Assembly (NCBI GenBank): GCA_001770815.1
Contig: MESD01000042.1
Location: forward strand, 12,973-35,399
Origin: Burkholderiales bacterium RIFCSPHIGHO2_12_FULL_69_20
Lineage (GTDB): Bacteria > Pseudomonadota > Gammaproteobacteria > Burkholderiales > Burkholderiaceae_C
Reading direction: 5' to 3'
Length of the DNA stretch: 22,427 nucleotides
Shown here: piece by piece, positions 18,447 through 22,427 of the stretch
How the letters are laid out: each line of letters starts with the position of its first letter
How positions within the stretch are numbered: the stretch's first letter is position 1
The notes under the pieces: generated by a model
The model's input: the letters and a program-made list of their open reading frames with translations, nothing else
Told to the model about the DNA's origin: nothing
Databases searched by the model: none
Position numbers and translations under genes: made by a program

Positions 18447-18467
18447 TCTTTGCAAATTCTTTGCAAA
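18447..18467 (+). promoter_or_regulatory. Two copies of TCTTTGCAAA (palindromic core TTTGCAAA) at 11-bp spacing upstream of the integrase gene
   Basis: tctttgcaaa occupies 18447-18456 and 18458-18467. TTTGCAAA is self-complementary. The copies lie 33-53 bp upstream of the int ATG. Confidence 0.3.
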
Positions 18468-18499
18468 GTTGCCCCAATGCGTGCTGTCAACAATACACC

Positions 18500-19720
18500 A
18501 TGAACGAGCTGCTAGAGAAGCACGGCATCGACGATGGCCTGCACATCTACCTGCAGCGCAACAGCAAGGTCTGGCTGGCGCGATTCAAGATCGACGGCAA
18601 GTGGATTTCGAGGACCACGAAGCAGCGCGAGAAGGCCAAGGCAATCACTGCTGCAATCCGGGTCAAGGCCGAGTGCGACATCAAGTTGGCGCACGGCATC
18701 GCGATCCAGACCAAGGCGTTCAAGGACGTTGCGCAACTGGCTATCGAGCGAATGCAGGAGCAGCCCAAGGCAACCAAGGGCTATGCATCGCTCGCTGACT
18801 ATGAGCAGATTCTGCGGCGCTATCACATCCCGTTCTTCGAACGAACGCACATCACGAGCATTGACTACGACAGACTGGCGGCGTTTGATCGCTGGCGCAT
18901 TGAGAAGCTGGGGCGTTCGCCGGCAAGGTCAACACTAAAGACACACAACGCCGCCTTTCAGAGAGTGTTCGACGAGGCAATCATCCGAAAGTGGATGACA
19001 CCATCACAGGTTCCCTCTTTGTCTGCTGTGTCAGGTGTAACCTCTGAAAGACGCGACTACTTCACGATGGAAGAAGTTGCAAAGATCCGTAAGTCGTTTC
19101 CCGATTGGATCGCTGAAAGCAGGAAGTCCCAAACTCACGAAATACGCGAGCTTCTGTTCTTCTACTTCAACGTAGCCGTACACACAGGTCTGCGACCGGG
19201 TACGGAAATGGACAACCTGCGGTGGAGCGATGTGCAGGTACGCGAAGACCATGTGGTGATCGTCGTTCGGAAGGGCAAGACGACGCTACACACAGGCAGC
19301 CGCCATGTGGTGGGTAACAGAATCGTGCTCGACATGATCCTTGACATGCACTCGCGGTCGCACGACGGCAAGGACACCGAGCGCGGCGTACCTGATGATT
19401 GGAACCCTCTGGTGTTTAGGCTGCCAGACGGCACGACGACCAACCAACTCGGGCGGAACTTCGTGGTGTTGCTGAAGCGGCTGAAACTGGAGCAAGGGCC
19501 AGGCGGCATGCGAACGCTCTACTCGCTGCGCCACACCTACATCACGCATCTACTTCTCGACCGGGTGCCTGTGTCGGTGATCGCAAAGCAATGCGGCACC
19601 AGCACGACGATGATCGAGCTGCACTACAGCCACATCACCCCGCTGATGTATGCCAGGGAACTGGCCGGAAGCGAAGGTGCGGAGTTGACGAAGCTGATCC
19701 GAAAGTACGCTGACATCTGA
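18500..19720 (+). CDS. int: Tyrosine-type site-specific integrase (phage/island integrase)
   Basis: The 406-aa product has the catalytic signature HTGLRPGTE (Arg I), LYSLRHTYITHLL (His-x-x-Arg), and ELHYSH (Tyr). Its N-terminal arm and core-binding region is typical of tRNA-targeting integrases. It lies adjacent to the tRNA fragment. Confidence 0.9.
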   Translation: MNELLEKHGIDDGLHIYLQRNSKVWLARFKIDGKWISRTTKQREKAKAITAAIRVKAECDIKLAHGIAIQTKAFKDVAQLAIERMQEQPKATKGYASLADYEQILRRYHIPFFERTHITSIDYDRLAAFDRWRIEKLGRSPARSTLKTHNAAFQRVFDEAIIRKWMTPSQVPSLSAVSGVTSERRDYFTMEEVAKIRKSFPDWIAESRKSQTHEIRELLFFYFNVAVHTGLRPGTEMDNLRWSDVQVREDHVVIVVRKGKTTLHTGSRHVVGNRIVLDMILDMHSRSHDGKDTERGVPDDWNPLVFRLPDGTTTNQLGRNFVVLLKRLKLEQGPGGMRTLYSLRHTYITHLLLDRVPVSVIAKQCGTSTTMIELHYSHITPLMYARELAGSEGAELTKLIRKYADI

Positions 19721-19970
19721 TCCGCGCCGGTTCGCAGATGCCTTTAGCCTCTGCGCTGCATGCTTTCCTCAAGAAAGCAGTGCAGGCGCCGATATGCCTA
19801 TAGCCTGCCCGGTGTAAACCATAGCACTGGGACTGGGACTCACCTCGACAGGGGTGCGAGCACTGCGTATCCAGCAATGGAGCCTTTGGGGAAGGTGAGC
19901 CAGGGACACATGAGCCCGGACGGCGGAACCAAAGTGGACCGGAAGGCACGTGTGCAAGCTGGAGCAATTT

Positions 19971-20972
19971 ATGGAAACCACAAGCCAAGAAGTAGTTCAA
20001 CGCACGGCCATCAATGAATCGGAAGAGAGTGCCATCACGGCATTCAGCATCGAGCCAATGAGCGCCAAGCCTTTTGCTTTTGAAGTTCAAGACGTGATGG
20101 ACGAAGCCGAAATGCTCCGTTCGCAAGCGAGTAAGGACTGGCAGCAGTTCTATGTCGCTGGCCGTAATGCAACGAAGAAAACGATGCAGAAGGTCTACGG
20201 CTTGTTCTATGTCGTCATGCACAGCGACACAAAGGACAAGGTAATTGATCGGATGAAGGCGAAATTGCCTGAAAAGAAAGTGCGCGAAAATACGAAAGAA
20301 GCTGCAATCTTCATTCGCTATGTGTTCGGCGGTCCAACGCCTGAAGAGGGTTTCGACGACAAGCAGGTTCACGTCTATAGCGTGGCACTTGAAGTCGCCT
20401 TTTCTAAGCTGATCGAGCCTTCGGGCTTTATCGATTGGGTCGACGGACACAAGGGTGGGTTTGAGGGCATTCGTGCTATTGCCGCTGCCTCAAAGGGCGA
20501 CACGTTGAACAGCGAACCTTGGGAACTCGGAATGAGTTGGGCGCGCGGCGCAGACGCAGTTGAAACCATCAAAGCCGACGACTGGGATGAGGACGAACCA
20601 TGTCGCATCTTGGTCGCAATGCCGAATGGAGATGGAACTGCCAGTGTGAAAGACACTGAGATGACGCTGGAGCATGTACAGGCGGTACTTGCAATCTACT
20701 CAAAAGCGGTGGCTGAACGCAACAAACCGAAAGGCAAAAGGCGTCTCAGTCTATCAACTGGCGAGAAGAGCGCACGCACTCTGTTGAAGTTTGACTTGTC
20801 CTACCAGGAACAACTTCTGGAAGAGAACAGATTCAACTTGAGTGACGCCATAAAGCGGAACCACATGTTGGACAAGGAGAAGGCGGAGATGAACCTCTGT
20901 CTAGCCAAGGCCAAGATTGTCGGCATTAAGGCGTCCATTCAGGCGCTGGGTGCTGCGGGTGACGCCGAGTGA
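19971..20972 (+). CDS. Hypothetical island protein (333 aa), acidic N-terminus and Lys/Glu-rich helical C-terminus
   Basis: The ATG at 19971 has GGAG 6 nt upstream (the ORF track start at 19950 is a GTG). The ORF is long and uninterrupted in a low-G+C region. I can name no recognisable motif. Confidence 0.6.
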   Translation: METTSQEVVQRTAINESEESAITAFSIEPMSAKPFAFEVQDVMDEAEMLRSQASKDWQQFYVAGRNATKKTMQKVYGLFYVVMHSDTKDKVIDRMKAKLPEKKVRENTKEAAIFIRYVFGGPTPEEGFDDKQVHVYSVALEVAFSKLIEPSGFIDWVDGHKGGFEGIRAIAAASKGDTLNSEPWELGMSWARGADAVETIKADDWDEDEPCRILVAMPNGDGTASVKDTEMTLEHVQAVLAIYSKAVAERNKPKGKRRLSLSTGEKSARTLLKFDLSYQEQLLEENRFNLSDAIKRNHMLDKEKAEMNLCLAKAKIVGIKASIQALGAAGDAE

Positions 20973-21178
20973 CACCGCACGAACAAAAAACCGCGATGCA
21001 GGAATGGGGCCGATTCGGCACAGTTTGCTTCAACCTTGCCAATCTCCGGAGATGCATTCGGGCTGGCGGAATGTGGACTGACAATGAGATCGAGGAAGAC
21101 TTCGAGAACATGACCAAGCCGTATCGCAAGTGCTTTAACAAGCAGGCCTTCATTGCTGCTTGTCGTGAGCCTGACTAG
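20969..21178 (+). CDS. Small hypothetical protein (69 aa, or 60 aa from the ATG at 20996) with a duplicated CFN-x6/7-C motif
   Basis: The GTG at 20969 overlaps the upstream stop (GTGA). Cysteines are at 20, 29, 55 and 65, arranged as CFNLANLRRC and CFNKQAFIAAC. A strong hairpin terminator follows. Confidence 0.45.
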   Translation: MTPHEQKTAMQEWGRFGTVCFNLANLRRCIRAGGMWTDNEIEEDFENMTKPYRKCFNKQAFIAACREPD

Positions 21179-21192
21179 GTAGCCGTTTGATA

Positions 21193-21229
21193 GCCCCCGT
21201 TGATGCAAGTTGACGGGGGCTTCTTTCTT
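21193..21229 (+). terminator. Rho-independent terminator of the 333-aa/69-aa gene pair
   Basis: gcccccgt (21193-21200) pairs with acgggggc (21213-21220) across a 12-nt loop, and ttctttctt follows. It lies 15 nt after the stop at 21178. Confidence 0.65.
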
Positions 21230-21280
21230 CACGAAAGCATCGGTCAGCGCAATCACCGGCGTTGCCTCAGGGCAGATAGC

Positions 21281-21850
21281 CTAAGCGAGTTCAACAGCTC
21301 GGCGCTTCTGGTCGTCGTTGACATCGATATAACTTTGGGTGGTGGCGATGCTGCGGTGGCCGGCCAATGACGCCAGCACGCGCACGCTGACCCCTTTTGC
21401 TGCTAAGTTCGTGATGAACGTGCGCCGCCCGGAATGGCTGCTGGCGCCTTCAACACCTGCGCGCTGGTACAGCCAATGGAAGTGCTGGCAGAGTGTGTTG
21501 GGCGAGAACCCGTCGCGCTTCTGTGTTCGGAACAGTGGCAGTGGCTCTTGCTCGCGGCGCTTCAGCGTTTTCACGTACAGCCCAAGCTCTTTGCTCAGCC
21601 TGTCGCTGACAAAGACGGTGCGTGCGTGCCCGCCTTTCACTTGCTCAGGCGCGAGCTGGACCTCGGGCTTGATCCGGCCATCTGCTGCGACCACATCGGC
21701 GTACTTGAGGTTTGCTACCTCGCTGACGCGCAGCCCTGCGTAGTACGTCAGCATGACCATCGCCCTGTTGCGCGCTGCGTGCCTGTGCAGCGAAATGTAG
21801 TCCAGCACACGCTTCAACTCGCGCTCGGTCAACGTCTTTGCCTGTCCCAT
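21281..21850 (-). CDS. Small (189 aa) tyrosine recombinase with the catalytic domain only (FimB/FimE/MrpI size class)
   Basis: The ATG at 21850 is preceded by AGGAG at 7-nt spacing. The longer 262-aa ORF upstream has no RBS and non-coding-like sequence. Motifs are HAARNRAMVMLTYYAGLRVSE (Arg I), VKGGHARTV, SSHSGRRTF (H-x-x-R), GHRS, and TQSYIDV (Tyr). Confidence 0.85.
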   Translation of the reverse strand: MGQAKTLTERELKRVLDYISLHRHAARNRAMVMLTYYAGLRVSEVANLKYADVVAADGRIKPEVQLAPEQVKGGHARTVFVSDRLSKELGLYVKTLKRREQEPLPLFRTQKRDGFSPNTLCQHFHWLYQRAGVEGASSHSGRRTFITNLAAKGVSVRVLASLAGHRSIATTQSYIDVNDDQKRRAVELA

Positions 21851-22293
21851 GCCCCATCTCCTCTGAAGAACCAATGAAACCCATGCGATCAAGTGTGCAT
21901 TCTTTGCTTCTGCCGGGCGACCTAAATCAGACGTTGGCTGAATCTCGTTGTAGATCAAGCAGATGCGTGCAGAACCACATCTATCTAGAATTAGCTTTGG
22001 TTCTTGAAGCCCGCTATCGCTTTTGGCTCGGTCCCACTCAGCGACAACGCGCAAGCCAGCCCTGCGCACTTGCGCTTCCCATCCAGCTACTCACCCCTTA
22101 GGGCGCATTGCGCAAGCGCGTGTAGACGGTTTTATGCCCCGCACGAGGGCTAGCTGCATCAGCCGGGGCGCTTACACGTTGAGAGAAATTTCTGGGAATG
22201 AAGCAAAAGCGATGCAAGACGACGGCATTCTTCAATTGAGTGAAGAGCGCTGCTTTGTGTATGATCGTTCCATTCATTCACCTTGGAGTCGAA

Positions 22294-22427
22294 ATGTCAA
22301 AGCCCGACCTCACAAAGCTGTCGCTCCCTGAACTTCAGGCGGTGATCGATGAAGCCCAAGCTATCGCGAAGGAAAGGCGTAGTGAAGAACTGAAGGTCCG
22401 TGTCGACGGCTGGGCCGAAGAGGCCGA
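22294..22427 (+). CDS. H-NS/HvrA-like nucleoid-associated protein, N-terminal part (3' end outside the window)
   Basis: The ATG at 22294 has GGAG 5 nt upstream, and the frame is open to the window end. MSKPDLTKLSLPELQAVIDEAQAIAKERRSEELKVRVDGWAEEA resembles the dimerisation N-terminus of alpha/beta-proteobacterial H-NS-like proteins (..DLSKMSLKEL..L...V..AI.). This ORF is absent from the supplied track because it has no stop in the window. Confidence 0.55.
   Translation, partial: MSKPDLTKLSLPELQAVIDEAQAIAKERRSEELKVRVDGWAEEA

Larger units (their letters stand above)
18391..22427. mobile_element. Integrated genomic island or integrative element (left end; continues beyond the window)
   Basis: G+C drops abruptly. 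Hand counts are 45/60 at 17101-17160 and 26/60 at 20221-20280. The drop starts at the tRNA fragment. The region contains two tyrosine recombinase genes, orphan ORFs and an H-NS-like gene, and codon usage shifts to A/T-ending codons. Confidence 0.7.

Noticed and set aside
19635-20450. A 271-aa minus-strand ORF overlapping the integrase 3' end and the 333-aa island gene. Also the 85-aa plus-strand ORF at 19760-20017.
   Set aside because: Neither has an RBS. The first overlaps two better-supported plus-strand genes. Its sequence is Cys/His/Arg/Phe-rich and lacks regular secondary-structure periodicity. The 85-aa ORF lies in the repeat and hairpin spacer and has no start context.
21838-22331. Small ORFs at 21838-22101 (87 aa) and 22023-22331 (102 aa), plus the N-terminal 73-aa extension of the recombinase ORF up to 22069.
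   Set aside because: There are no Shine-Dalgarno sequences and the amino-acid composition is odd. The recombinase family begins at the MGQAKTLTERE start, which has a strong AGGAG. I treat the region as non-coding and regulatory.

Overview
This is a high-G+C chromosome segment. One hand-counted 60-nt line is 75% G+C. Gene content and codon style look betaproteobacterial (Burkholderiales-like), but that is inference only.

Gene order from left to right:
1. Molybdenum-cofactor genes moeA (5'-truncated), moaD and moaE, with the fluoride channel gene crcB translationally coupled to moaE.
2. A five-gene operon joined by GTGA overlaps at three of its four junctions: flavin reductase, NicX-like ring-cleavage dioxygenase, alpha/beta hydrolase, an acyl-CoA-dehydrogenase-fold protein lacking the usual catalytic Glu, and an AMP-forming ligase.
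3. A convergent 175-aa orphan with an internal duplication.
4. clpB behind a near-consensus sigma-32 promoter.
5. A minus-strand block: a 396-aa orphan, a ComFB-family protein, a PEP-CTERM spondin-like secreted protein, an OmpR-type response regulator and a histidine kinase.
6. An MFS transporter and a ThDP-dependent enzyme.

At about 18.39 kb G+C drops sharply, to about 43% in one counted line. The drop falls exactly at a displaced 3' half of tRNA-Leu(UAA). This marks the left junction of a genomic island that runs off the right edge of the window. The visible part of the island holds:
- a tyrosine integrase;
- a coupled orphan gene pair (333 aa plus a 69-aa Cys-rich protein) with its own terminator;
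- a 189-aa catalytic-domain-only, FimB/FimE-sized tyrosine recombinase;
- a 440-bp structured non-coding region;
- the start of an H-NS/HvrA-like gene.

The best candidates for undescribed biology are the island cargo and small-recombinase module, the hybrid NicX/CoA catabolic operon, and the ComFB-orphan-PEP-CTERM neighbourhood. No CRISPR array, rRNA or intact tRNA was seen.
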